The position numbers were made by a program, and so were the translations under genes. This document shows positions 29,701 through 38,190 of a stretch of 64,000 nt of DNA, in pieces (position 1 is the first letter of the stretch; each line of letters opens with the position of its first letter). The notes beneath the pieces were generated by a model. The model had not been told where the DNA came from. It searched no databases and worked only from the letters and a program-made list of their open reading frames with translations. The DNA lies in NCBI GenBank assembly GCA_019637795.1, contig JAHBUY010000006.1:114330-178329 (forward strand), read 5' to 3'. This DNA comes from a bacterium (GTDB lineage Bacteria > Desulfobacterota > Binatia > HRBIN30 > CADEER01).

Positions 29701-30375
29701 CCGCGCAGCGTCTGGATCGTCGGCGGCGACGGCTGGGCGTACGACATCGGCTACGGCGGGCTCGACCACGTCCTCGCCTCGCACCGCAACGTCAACGTCC
29801 TCGTCCTCGACACCGAGGTCTACTCGAATACCGGCGGCCAGCAGTCGAAGGCCACGCCGCTCGGCGCCGCGGCCAAGTTCGCGATCGCCGGCAAGGCGAC
29901 GCGCAAGAAGGACCTCGGCCTGCTGGCGATGAGCTACGGCCACGTCTACGTCGCCTCGATCGCCATGCAGACCCACAGCGCGCAGGCGATCCAGGCATTC
30001 CTCGAGGCGGAGCAGCACCCCGGACCGTCGCTGCTCATCGCCCACAGCCCGTGCATCGCGCACGGCTACGACCTCGCCCACTCGCCGACGCAGCAGAAGC
30101 TCGCCATCCAGAGCGGCGCCTGGCCGCTGTATCGCTTCGACCCGCGGCGGGCGGCGCGCGGCGAGGCGCCGCTGGCGCTCGACTCCGCCCCGACCCGGGT
30201 CGACATCGGGACCTACATGGCCAACGAGCCGCGCTTCCGCATGGTCGAGCTGCGCTCGCCGGAGCGCTACGCCGCCCTCCTGGAAGCCGCGCGCCAGGCG
30301 GTGGCGGAGCGGCGCGCCCTCTACGAACAGCTCGCGCGGATCCACGTGCCGCCGCCGGAGACGCACGATGGCTGA
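26800..30375 (+). CDS. nifJ: pyruvate:ferredoxin (flavodoxin) oxidoreductase, homodimeric NifJ/PorA type
   Basis: 1191 aa. Two 4Fe-4S ferredoxin motifs (CVQCNFCSMICP, CTGCGLCVEVCP), the TPP-binding region GGDGWAYDIGYGG, and N-terminal IYPITPAS. Confidence 0.9.
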   Translation: MMPDAARYRTLDANEAVADVAYRLSEVAAIYPITPASVMGEHVDAWAADGRPNLWGGVPEVVEMQSEAGVAGAVHGALQAGALATTFTASQGLLLMLPDLFRIAGELTPFCMHVAARALATHALSIFGDHSDVMAARSTGMALLCSGSAQEAQDLAAIGHAVTLPARLPVLHFFDGFRTSHEITKVAPLSDDDLRALLDEDAIQAHRARALDPDRPVIRGTAQNADAFFQSREASEPFYAAFPAALERMMHRFAARTGRAYRLFDYAGHPDAEAVIVMMGSGAECAHETVEHLQRRGERVGVVKVRLFRPFSAAHLLRALPASARVVTVLDRTKEPGSSGEPLLQEVTSALVEAAADGRRPALPRLLGGRYGLASKELTPAMLQAVFDNMRAAAPRPRFTIGIRDDVSGSSLPFDAGLDIEPDDVSRALFFGLGSDGTVSANKASIKIIGEETPLFAQGHFEYDSRKSGATTVSHLRFGPRPIRSTYRIQRAHFVAIHDPEFLERRDVLAAALPGATVLLNSSAARAAVWDSLPREAQEQLIAKGCRLFVIDGYGVAERAGLGRRVNTVMQICFFALAGVLPIDAAKAHVRRAIEDTWGRRGPEVVRRNLAALDAALAALTEVELPAAPSHARRRPPAVPPHAPDFVQRVTRLLIEGRGDELPVSAFPPDGTWPTGTSQFEKRTLALDIPIWQPGLCVQCNFCSMICPHAAIQTLVFDEAQLAGAPPGFRSLPETFEPALAGRRFTVQVAPEDCTGCGLCVEVCPAKDKRQPRRKALVPGSLAEHRDEERAAFAFFRTLRSAPLDDLPVTRRTAAYRPPLFEFSGACAGCGETPYIRLLTQLFGDHLLIANATGCSSIYGGNLPTTPYTTNRDGRGPAWASSLFEDNAEFGFGMRLALDVRAERARRLVQALAPRLPAALVADLLAAGAGDAWLAAQRARVAELGALLERDGSAEARALAELAAALVPRSVWIVGGDGWAYDIGYGGLDHVLASHRNVNVLVLDTEVYSNTGGQQSKATPLGAAAKFAIAGKATRKKDLGLLAMSYGHVYVASIAMQTHSAQAIQAFLEAEQHPGPSLLIAHSPCIAHGYDLAHSPTQQKLAIQSGAWPLYRFDPRRAARGEAPLALDSAPTRVDIGTYMANEPRFRMVELRSPERYAALLEAARQAVAERRALYEQLARIHVPPPETHDG

Positions 30376-31393
30376 TCTCGCCACCCCCTGGCTCGGGCTG
30401 TCCCTCCGCAGCCCGCTGGTCGTCGCCGCCTGCCCGCTGTCGCGCGATCCGACCGCCATCGCCGCCGCCGTCGACGCCGGCGCCGGCGCCGTGGTCATGC
30501 ATTCGCTCTTCGAGGAGCAGCTCATCGACGAGCAGATGGGGGCGCACCGGTTCGTCGATACGCGGCTCGACCTCGACGCCGAGGCGCGCAGCGTGCTGCC
30601 CACCGCGAGCATCGTCTCGATGGACGTCGAGCCCTACCTCGGCGAGCTCGAGCGCCTGCGCCGCGCCGTCGACGTGCCGGTGATCGCGTCGCTGAACGGC
30701 ACCACCCCCGGGGGCTGGACGGCCTACGCCAGCCGCCTCGAGGCCGCCGGCGCCAGCGCCCTCGAGCTCAATCTCTACGACGTCGCGACCTCGCCCGACG
30801 AAACCGGCGCCGCCGTCGAACAGCGGCAACTCGAGGTGGTGACCGCGGTGGTCGCGACGGTGACCATCCCGGTGACCGTCAAGCTCAGCGTCTTCTACGC
30901 CTCGCTGCCCTCGTTCGTGCGCCGCCTCGAGACGGCGGGCGTGCGCGGCGTCGCCCTCTTCAACCGCTACTATCAACCCGACGTCGACCTCGACGAGCTG
31001 GACGTCGACCGCACCCTCGCCCTCTCCACGCCGGCCGAGCTGCCGCTGCGCCTGCACGCCCTGGCGCTGGTGTCGGCGACCGCGTCGCCGCGGCTGTCGC
31101 TCGCCTGCACCGGCGGCGTCCATTCCGGCCGCGACGCCGCCAAGGCGGTGCTCTGCGGCGCCCACGTCGTGCAGCTCGCCTCCGCCCTGCTGGCCCACGG
31201 CCCGCGGCACGTGGCGCTGATTCGGGACGAGCTCGCCGCCTGGCTCGACGAGAAGGGCTATCGCTCGACCGCCGAGGCGCGGGCCGTCCTCAATCTCAGC
31301 TCGGCCCCCGACCCGCACGCCTGGGAGCGGCTCAACTATGCGCGCATGCTCGAGGGCTACCGCAGCGGCGACAGTTGGCGCCGCCTGCCCTGA
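30368..31393 (+). CDS. dihydroorotate dehydrogenase-like flavoprotein (family 1 fold)
   Basis: DHOD-like TIM-barrel motifs; start overlaps the nifJ stop by 8 nt. Confidence 0.75.
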   Translation: MADLATPWLGLSLRSPLVVAACPLSRDPTAIAAAVDAGAGAVVMHSLFEEQLIDEQMGAHRFVDTRLDLDAEARSVLPTASIVSMDVEPYLGELERLRRAVDVPVIASLNGTTPGGWTAYASRLEAAGASALELNLYDVATSPDETGAAVEQRQLEVVTAVVATVTIPVTVKLSVFYASLPSFVRRLETAGVRGVALFNRYYQPDVDLDELDVDRTLALSTPAELPLRLHALALVSATASPRLSLACTGGVHSGRDAAKAVLCGAHVVQLASALLAHGPRHVALIRDELAAWLDEKGYRSTAEARAVLNLSSAPDPHAWERLNYARMLEGYRSGDSWRRLP

Positions 31394-31442
31394 GTCTCGC
31401 CACCACCCCGCGCCGCCGGCGCCCCGCGTCCCCTGCCGACCG

Positions 31443-32339
31443 ATGCGACTGACCGAGAACACGATCCATCCCCCGGGCCTCGCCACCCGGCCGACCGCCA
31501 CGACCGGCGCCCTGATCGCCGCGGCGGTGATCGCCATGCTGGCGGCGATCTTCCTTCTCGACCGCTCGACGGGCGACGCGCCGGTCCAGCACCTCTACTA
31601 TCTCCCGATCGCGCTGGCGGCGTTCGTCTTCGGACGGCGCGGCGGCGTCGCCGCCGCGCTGGCGGCGATCGCGCTCTATCACTTCGCCAACGGCTTCCTC
31701 TACGACCCGCGGCGCGGCGAAGCCGACATCCTGCAGGTGGCGCTGTTCATCGCCGTCGGCGTGGTGGTGGCGAAGCTGCGCGACGACGCCGAGCGCCTGC
31801 GCTACCTGGCCAGCACCGACGATCTCACCGGACTGCACAACCTCCGCTCCTTCGAGGCGCGGCTGGCGCAGGGGCTGCGCCGCGCCCATCAGCGCCGCGC
31901 GCCGCTGTCGCTGCTGGTGCTCGATCTCGATCGCCTCAAGTCGATCAACGACCGCCACGGCCATCTCGCCGGCGCCGAGGCGGTGCGCACCGTCGGCGCG
32001 ATCCTCGCCGCCACCCTGCCGGCGGACGCCGTCGCCTGCCGCTACGGCGGCGACGAATTCGTCGTCGCGCTGCCGGATTGTCCACTCGCCCGCGCCGAGG
32101 CCATCGCGCGCGAGCTGGTCGACGCCGTCCACGCCCTCGCGCCGCGGCTCGCCGGGCACGCGCTCCCCGTCGGCACGCTGTCGATCAGCGTCGGGGTCGC
32201 CTGCCACGCGACGCCTGGCGAGCCGGCCGTCGCGTTGTCCTCCCCCGAAGCCAACGCCGGCGAGGCCCTCTTCCGCGCCGCCGACGACGCGCTCTACCGG
32301 GCCAAGGCCGCCGGCCGCAATCGCATCTGCGCCGCCTGA
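31443..32339 (+). CDS. membrane-anchored GGDEF diguanylate cyclase
   Basis: RYGGDEF active site, an upstream DDLTGLHNLR, and hydrophobic N-terminal segments. Confidence 0.8.
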   Translation: MRLTENTIHPPGLATRPTATTGALIAAAVIAMLAAIFLLDRSTGDAPVQHLYYLPIALAAFVFGRRGGVAAALAAIALYHFANGFLYDPRRGEADILQVALFIAVGVVVAKLRDDAERLRYLASTDDLTGLHNLRSFEARLAQGLRRAHQRRAPLSLLVLDLDRLKSINDRHGHLAGAEAVRTVGAILAATLPADAVACRYGGDEFVVALPDCPLARAEAIARELVDAVHALAPRLAGHALPVGTLSISVGVACHATPGEPAVALSSPEANAGEALFRAADDALYRAKAAGRNRICAA

Positions 32340-32449
32340 CCCGTGTCGCCGCCCCCTCCGTGGGGGCTGCACTCCCGCGCGACACCTGCCGCGATGGGCT
32401 CCGCCCCGGGGTACCACGCTGAACGCGCCCCATTGCGGTGGACACAAAG

Positions 32450-32716
32450 ATGACCAACAATGAGATCATGATCCGGGTCAACATTGCCGAAGTGAAAGCG
32501 AATCTCTCTGCTTACATCGAGCGCGTCGAGGCGGGGGAGACGATCGTATTGTGCCGACGGAACGTCCCTGTCGCCGAGATTCGCCCGGTGCCGAAGCCGC
32601 CGGAGAAACCGCGGCCGGTCGGCATCGATCGCGGCATGGTCGTGCCCTCCAGCTTCTTCGAGCCGCTTCCGGACGCGCTGCTGGATGCGTTCGAAGGACG
32701 CGAGGGATCGAAGTGA
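32450..32716 (+). CDS. type II antitoxin, Phd/YefM-like
   Basis: MTNNEIMIRVNIAEVKANLSAYIERVEAGETIVL; GGTGGA RBS 8 nt upstream. Alternative starts are GTG 32438 and ATG 32468. Markedly lower GC than the flanks. Confidence 0.65.
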   Translation: MTNNEIMIRVNIAEVKANLSAYIERVEAGETIVLCRRNVPVAEIRPVPKPPEKPRPVGIDRGMVVPSSFFEPLPDALLDAFEGREGSK

Positions 32717-33099
32717 AGCTCCTCCTCGACACGTGCACCTTCCTGTGGCTCGCCGCCGATGACCCCCAACTGTCGGCGACGGCGCGCGACGCCTGCCGTG
32801 ACCCGGCCAACGACGTCTATCTCAGCGCGCTGTCGGCGTGGGAGATCGCGATCAAACATCGCCTCGGCCGCCTGCCCCTGCCGGAGCCGCCGCCGCGCTA
32901 CGTCGCCAGCCGGCGATCCTGGCTCGGCCTCGAGCCTCTCGACTTCGACGCGGCCGCGGCCACTCACGACGCGCTGCTGCCGCCCCTCCACCGGGATCCG
33001 TTCGACCGCGGGCTGGTCTCGCAGGCCATCCTGCTCGGCCTCCGCATCGTCACGCCGGACCCGACGATCGCCCGCTACCCGGCGCCCATCCTCTGGTAG
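32713..33099 (+). CDS. vapC: PIN-domain toxin VapC
   Basis: VKLLLDTCTFLW...DVYLSALSAWEIAIK...DPFDRGLVSQA; GTG start overlaps the antitoxin TGA (GTGA). Confidence 0.75.
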   Translation: MKLLLDTCTFLWLAADDPQLSATARDACRDPANDVYLSALSAWEIAIKHRLGRLPLPEPPPRYVASRRSWLGLEPLDFDAAAATHDALLPPLHRDPFDRGLVSQAILLGLRIVTPDPTIARYPAPILW

Positions 33100-33225
33100 G
33101 GCGGGCCATGACGGCGGGCGCTGGCGCGCCGCGCGCGCAGCGCCGCACATCCCTCCCGCGGCGGGCGGCCCCGTCATCCGGCGCCGCCCATCAGTCACGG
33201 CGGATGAACGACCGCCGGCCTCGAT

Positions 33226-34599
33226 TCACGGCGCCGCCGGGGCGCAGGGCGCGGGGTGGCCGGAGGAAGCGCAGCGGGCGAGCGGCTGGTCGAAGCGGTC
33301 GTGAAAGGTTCCCGTCCAACCCTCGTCGCCGAGCTCCAGGTACAGGTAGCCATGGTCGTGCACCGTGGTCGCGGCGGCGATGGTCGGTCCGTCGCTGCCG
33401 ACGCGCAGGTTCTCCACCTGCGTCGGCACCTGCGTGGGATCGTCCAGCTCGCCGCCGCCGGTGCCGACCACGAGCACCGGCGGGTGGCTCGTGTCGGCGA
33501 AGGCCAGCGACTGAAAGAGGTGTTCGTGGCCGGCGAGCACCAGCGAGACCGCCGCCGGCAGCCGATTCGCGGATGCCTGTTGCAGGGTGTGGTTCAGCAC
33601 CACCTGGCTGCCGGCGACGTCGCGCAGCACGCTCCACGGCGACTTGTGGCTGACCAACCAGGTCCGCGTCGCCCGCCCGGCGGCGGCGAGCTGCGCCAGG
33701 CGCGCGAACTGGTCGCGGTAGGTGGCGATCTGGTCGCCGATCGAAAACTCGCCGCAGGCGTTGGCGCTGTCGATCACCAGCAGGCGCAGCGCCGCGCCGA
33801 GGTCGAGCGCGTACGGCGCGGTGAACGTCGGCTGCTCGACCGGGTTGGCGGCGCAGGCGCCCGGCGGCGAGCGGGGATCGAGGTAGCGGAACCAGCCCTT
33901 GCCGGCGCGGCTGCACAGCTCGTGGTTGCCGCGCACCATCACCCACGGCGCGGCGGCGAGCAGCGGCGCGGCCGGGGTGAAGAAGTCGTCCCGCCAGGTC
34001 GTCCAGGCGTCGCCACAATCGGGGAAGGCGCAGGTGTCCGGGTTGTACGTGCAGCAGGCGTCGTAGGCGACGCAGTTGGTGCCGCGGTAGTTGTAGTCGC
34101 CGACGTGGATCACCAGGTCCGGCTGCCGCGCCGCCGCCAGGCGGGCGATGTCGGCGAACGGCCAGTCGCGGACGCAGTCCTGGGCATCGCCGCCGAGGCA
34201 GCCGCTGTCGCCGAGCACGACGAGACGCCGCGGGTTGGGCGCCGGCAGGCGCAGCGCCGCCGGCCAGCCGGCGACGCGCGCCCAGCGCGCCGCGGCCGGC
34301 GGCTGCCATTCGCAGGTCAGATTCGGAAACGCCGGCGGCGCCGGCAACGCGCGCACCCGCATCGGCACGCCGCGCGGCGTCGGCCGCTGCTCCGGCGCGG
34401 CGACCACGGCGGCGCGCGGACAGGTGGCGGCGGTGGTGACGGCGCGCACCGCGGCCCCGTCCGGCGTCAACTCCACCCAGGCGGCGACCACGGTGGCGAG
34501 CGCGGCACCGCCGCTCTGGGCGGCGAGCGGCGCGGGCGCGGCAAGCAGCACCAACCACGCCGCGACGCTGGCGAGCCGGTGCGCGCGAGCGGCCGTCAC
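33226..34599 (-). CDS. secreted calcineurin-like metallophosphoesterase
   Basis: Signal peptide; GDSGC, GDYNY and GNHE metal-ligand motifs; GTG start overlaps the ABC gene stop (GTGA). Confidence 0.75.
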   Translation of the reverse strand: MTAARAHRLASVAAWLVLLAAPAPLAAQSGGAALATVVAAWVELTPDGAAVRAVTTAATCPRAAVVAAPEQRPTPRGVPMRVRALPAPPAFPNLTCEWQPPAAARWARVAGWPAALRLPAPNPRRLVVLGDSGCLGGDAQDCVRDWPFADIARLAAARQPDLVIHVGDYNYRGTNCVAYDACCTYNPDTCAFPDCGDAWTTWRDDFFTPAAPLLAAAPWVMVRGNHELCSRAGKGWFRYLDPRSPPGACAANPVEQPTFTAPYALDLGAALRLLVIDSANACGEFSIGDQIATYRDQFARLAQLAAAGRATRTWLVSHKSPWSVLRDVAGSQVVLNHTLQQASANRLPAAVSLVLAGHEHLFQSLAFADTSHPPVLVVGTGGGELDDPTQVPTQVENLRVGSDGPTIAAATTVHDHGYLYLELGDEGWTGTFHDRFDQPLARCASSGHPAPCAPAAP

Positions 34600-36587
34600 T
34601 CGCCCTCCTCCTCGGTCGCCGCCGCGGCATCCTCGTCGGAATCCTGGTCGGCGTCGCCGTCGACCGCCCCGGGCGCCGCCGCGTCGCCCCTCCCCACCGC
34701 GCCCGTCGCCAGGTCGCTGGCCGCGAGCTGCGCGAACCAGCCGCCGCTCGCCAGCAGCACCGCCGGCGTCCCGTCCTCCACGACGCGTCCGGCGTCGAGG
34801 ACGATGACGTGGTCGGCGTCCCTCACCATCGAGTAGCGGTGCGAGATGACCAGCGTCGTGCGCCCGCGGCGCAGGCGCGCCAGGCCGTCCTTGATCTCCA
34901 GCTCGGTCGCGTAGTCGAGGTTCGCCGTCGCCTCGTCGAGCACCAGAATCCGCGGCTCGGAGACGAAGGCGCGGGCGATCTGCAGGCGCTGCCGTTCGCC
35001 GGCCGAGAGGCCGACGCCGCCCTCGCCCACCTCGGTGTCCAGGCCCGCCGGCAGGCGGTCGAGCGTCCGCTGCAAACCAGCCGCCGCGGCCGCCGCGGCC
35101 ACCGCGGCCGCGCTGGCCGCGGGCCGCTTGTAGCGGATGTTGTCCGCCAGCGTGCCGCGGAACACCGCGCCATCGGTGGACACGACGCTGATCGCCTGCC
35201 GCAGCGCCGCGGGATCGGTGCTGGACAGCGGCACGCCGTCGATCCGGATCTCGCCGCCGTTCAGCTCGTAGAGCCGCAGCAGGAGATCGACCAGCGTCGT
35301 CTTGCCGGCGCCCGACGGACCGACCAGCGCCGTCAGCTCGCCGGGCGCGGCGGTGAAGCTCACGCCGCGCAGCACCTCGCGGTCGGCCGTGTATCCGAAG
35401 CGCACGTCGCGGAGCTCGATTCGGCCCGGGCCTGGCGCCAGCGTCGCCCCGACCGGCTCGGTGTCGGTGCGGGCGAGCAGGCCGATCGCCCGGGCGAGCG
35501 ACAGCGTGTGCTCCTGCAGGGTCTTGGCCAGCGAGGTCAGCGAGTCGATCGGGTCGTACAGGCGATCGAGATAGGTGACGAACATCACCACGTCGCCCGG
35601 CGTCAGTTGCCGTTCGAACACCCGCCAGCCGCCGTACGCCAGGACCATCGCCTGCCCGAGGCGCTGCAGGACCACCTGGACGAAGAGGTAGCGGTTCGCC
35701 AGCCGGTTGCGCTCCAGGTAGGTCTCGTAGGCGTCGCGCGCCACGCCCGAGAGTCGGTCGACCTCGCGCTCCTCGGCGCCGCTCAGCTTGACGGTCTTGA
35801 TGGCGCTCACGGCGTCGCGGATCCGCGCCGCGACCTCCTCCCAGAGGCGGTAGTACGCCGGCAGGTTGCTCTCCAATCGCCTGGCGGAGCGCAGCGCGAC
35901 GACGACGTACGCCGGCAGCGTCGCCAGCGCCACCAGGGTGAGCGACGGGCTCTGGGTGAACATGATCGCGAAGGTGCCGATGGTGCGGAACGCCTCGGGC
36001 AGGATCTCCTTCGCGAACGACGTCACCAGCGGCGCCACCTGGTCGGACTGATCGATCTGCTGCGCCACCGCGCCGCTGGCGCGACTGCCGAAAAAGCTCA
36101 GGCGCAGGCGCAGGACGTGGCGAAACGTCGAGCGGATGAAGTCCTCCTCGATGCGGTTGGCCGCCGTCTCGGCGACGTTGTCGGCCAGCACCTCGAACAG
36201 TTGCGCCGCCAGGGCGGTGAGGAAGAGCAGGATCACCGCCCAGAGCAGGGTCTGGAACATCTCCTCGGCGGTACGCGGCGCGACGTAGCCGGGGCGATGC
36301 GCCACGCGCTTCGCGTGCCCGTGCGCGGCGACCGGCAGCGGCGCCGCGCCGGCGGCGATGTCCTCGACGCCGTCCTCCTTCTCCGCCCGGTGCACGAACA
36401 CGCCGGCGACGTCGTTCACCGCGACGCGATAGATCAGCGGCTCCACCAGCTCGGCGGCGGTGCTGAGCGCCGCGAACAGCCCGACCAGCGCCAGGCGCCC
36501 CCGGTACGGTCGGGCCAACCGCCCGATCGCGCGCCCGGTGGCGAACCATCGCCGCGCCGCCCCGCCGTCTGGCATCTCCTCGGCCAC
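34596..36587 (-). CDS. ABC exporter, fused permease plus ATPase (MsbA-like)
   Basis: N-terminal 6-TM domain; Walker A GPSGAGKTT, signature LSAGERQRL, Walker B ILVLDEATANLD; GAGGAG RBS. Confidence 0.85.
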   Translation of the reverse strand: MAEEMPDGGAARRWFATGRAIGRLARPYRGRLALVGLFAALSTAAELVEPLIYRVAVNDVAGVFVHRAEKEDGVEDIAAGAAPLPVAAHGHAKRVAHRPGYVAPRTAEEMFQTLLWAVILLFLTALAAQLFEVLADNVAETAANRIEEDFIRSTFRHVLRLRLSFFGSRASGAVAQQIDQSDQVAPLVTSFAKEILPEAFRTIGTFAIMFTQSPSLTLVALATLPAYVVVALRSARRLESNLPAYYRLWEEVAARIRDAVSAIKTVKLSGAEEREVDRLSGVARDAYETYLERNRLANRYLFVQVVLQRLGQAMVLAYGGWRVFERQLTPGDVVMFVTYLDRLYDPIDSLTSLAKTLQEHTLSLARAIGLLARTDTEPVGATLAPGPGRIELRDVRFGYTADREVLRGVSFTAAPGELTALVGPSGAGKTTLVDLLLRLYELNGGEIRIDGVPLSSTDPAALRQAISVVSTDGAVFRGTLADNIRYKRPAASAAAVAAAAAAAGLQRTLDRLPAGLDTEVGEGGVGLSAGERQRLQIARAFVSEPRILVLDEATANLDYATELEIKDGLARLRRGRTTLVISHRYSMVRDADHVIVLDAGRVVEDGTPAVLLASGGWFAQLAASDLATGAVGRGDAAAPGAVDGDADQDSDEDAAAATEEEGE

Positions 36588-36603
36588 GGGTCGTGCCCGG
36601 CGG

Positions 36604-38190
36604 CTAGCTCCCCCGGCTCCGCCGTTCGGCCTCGAGGCGGCCGCTGCTGGCCGGAGAGTGGTCGACGAAGCGCATCGCCGCCGCGATGGCGCGGTGCCCG
36701 GCGCGCTCGGCGATCAGGCGGTGCATCGCCTGGGCGACGACGCGATAGGCGGGATGCCCTTGCGGCGTCGAGCGCAGCTCGATCAGGTGCATCGCCTCGC
36801 GGGCGTTGCACTCGAGATAGAAGCGGACCCGGTGCGCCATCGGCAGGACATAGGCGGCGACATCGGGCAGCCCGGCGGCGGCGATCGCCGCGTGCAGCTC
36901 CGCCGCCTCCGCCATCAGCGCCCGCCACGCCGGGGCGGCGCCGATCGCCTCGACGATCTCCGGCAGCACGTAGCCGAGCGCCGGCGTCAGGCGCTGCCAC
37001 TCGAGCGTGCACAGGCGATGGCGCTGCAGGTCGCGGAAGGCGCCGTAGTCGGCGACGACGTCGAAGCGGTAGACGGCGCGCTCGAAGGCCCGCCCCGGTT
37101 TGTGGCGCCGGTTCCGGCGCTCGCCGACGTAGGCGCGCAGCAGCGCGGCGCGCTGCGCCTCGCTCAGGCTGCGCGCCGCCGCCAGGAGCTGCGCATCGGG
37201 CAGCGACGTCGCGGCATAGAGCGCCGCCGCCACCACCTTCACCTCGCCGTCGGGATCGAAATCGGTCAGCGTCACCATCTCCGCCGGCGCCGCCGCCGTC
37301 TCGCCCAGCAGCTCGCTGGCGAGCGCCGCGGTGGCCTCGCGGGTGTCACGCAGGTAGGCCGTCCACGCCCCGCCGCGATCCGGACGGTCGACGCGGCTGA
37401 GGAACGCCGGGATCACCTGCTCGAGCTCGCGCCGGATCGCCTCGGCGCAGGCCCGCGCCTCGGCGAGCGGATGGGCGCGCAGGTGGAGCAGCAGCGACTC
37501 GTACCCCTGGCCGCTGCCGAAGATGCCGACGTTGGAGCGGGTGGCCGCCGGCAGCAGGCCGCGCAGCGCGTCGAGCGCCTGGGCGCGCACGGTGGCGGCG
37601 TGCGCCGCGGCGCCGACGCCCTCGGGCCGCGGCAGGCGCTGCTCGCAGAGCGCGATCGCCGCCGGCAGCGCGCCGGCATAGGTCTCGAAGCAGCGGTCGA
37701 GCAGCGCCACGTAGCGGTCGCGCAGCGGCGAGCCGGCGAGCTCGTCCGGCACGACGTAGCGCCAGCGGCCGTCGGCGCGCTGGGTGTAGGGGATGTAGCG
37801 CGTCGACTGCTCGAGGTAGGCCATCAGGCGGCCCCATTCGAGCGCCTTGGTGAGCAGATTCGAGGCGCCCTCGACGGCGAGATGGGCGCCGCCGAGCTGC
37901 GCCACCGAGTCGTCGCCGTACTCGGCGAGCACGCGCTGGAAGAGCTGCTCGGAGCGTCGCACGCCGACCGCCGACTCGCCGAGGCCGCCGCCGGCGCGGT
38001 CGAGGAACTCGTCGAGGAAGAGGCGGCGCAGCGACTTCGGCGAACGCGAGTAGCGGGCGAACAGGGCCGCCTTCACCACCTCGGGCAGATTGCGCAGCGC
38101 GAACACCGGGCCGTCGAGGGTGGTGAAGTACGGCTCCAGCGCCCGTCGCTCGTCGGCGCTGAAACACTCGACGGCCGTCTCCTCAGGCAT
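36604..38190 (-). CDS. tandem ThyX-fold (flavin-dependent thymidylate synthase-like) protein, putative
   Basis: N-half has GRLMAYLEQSTRY (compare ThyX RHRIASYNELSGRY) but has lost the RHR triad. C-half has RHRLCT (compare RHRIAS) but has lost the SxRY. 528 aa, about twice the canonical ThyX length. Confidence 0.45.
   Translation of the reverse strand: MPEETAVECFSADERRALEPYFTTLDGPVFALRNLPEVVKAALFARYSRSPKSLRRLFLDEFLDRAGGGLGESAVGVRRSEQLFQRVLAEYGDDSVAQLGGAHLAVEGASNLLTKALEWGRLMAYLEQSTRYIPYTQRADGRWRYVVPDELAGSPLRDRYVALLDRCFETYAGALPAAIALCEQRLPRPEGVGAAAHAATVRAQALDALRGLLPAATRSNVGIFGSGQGYESLLLHLRAHPLAEARACAEAIRRELEQVIPAFLSRVDRPDRGGAWTAYLRDTREATAALASELLGETAAAPAEMVTLTDFDPDGEVKVVAAALYAATSLPDAQLLAAARSLSEAQRAALLRAYVGERRNRRHKPGRAFERAVYRFDVVADYGAFRDLQRHRLCTLEWQRLTPALGYVLPEIVEAIGAAPAWRALMAEAAELHAAIAAAGLPDVAAYVLPMAHRVRFYLECNAREAMHLIELRSTPQGHPAYRVVAQAMHRLIAERAGHRAIAAAMRFVDHSPASSGRLEAERRSRGS

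Noticed and set aside
26311-30683. 1433-aa minus-strand ORF (26311..30612) and 1442-aa + strand ORF (26355..30683)
   Set aside because: Antisense or out-of-frame to the PFOR gene, which carries ferredoxin and TPP motifs. Low-complexity translations.
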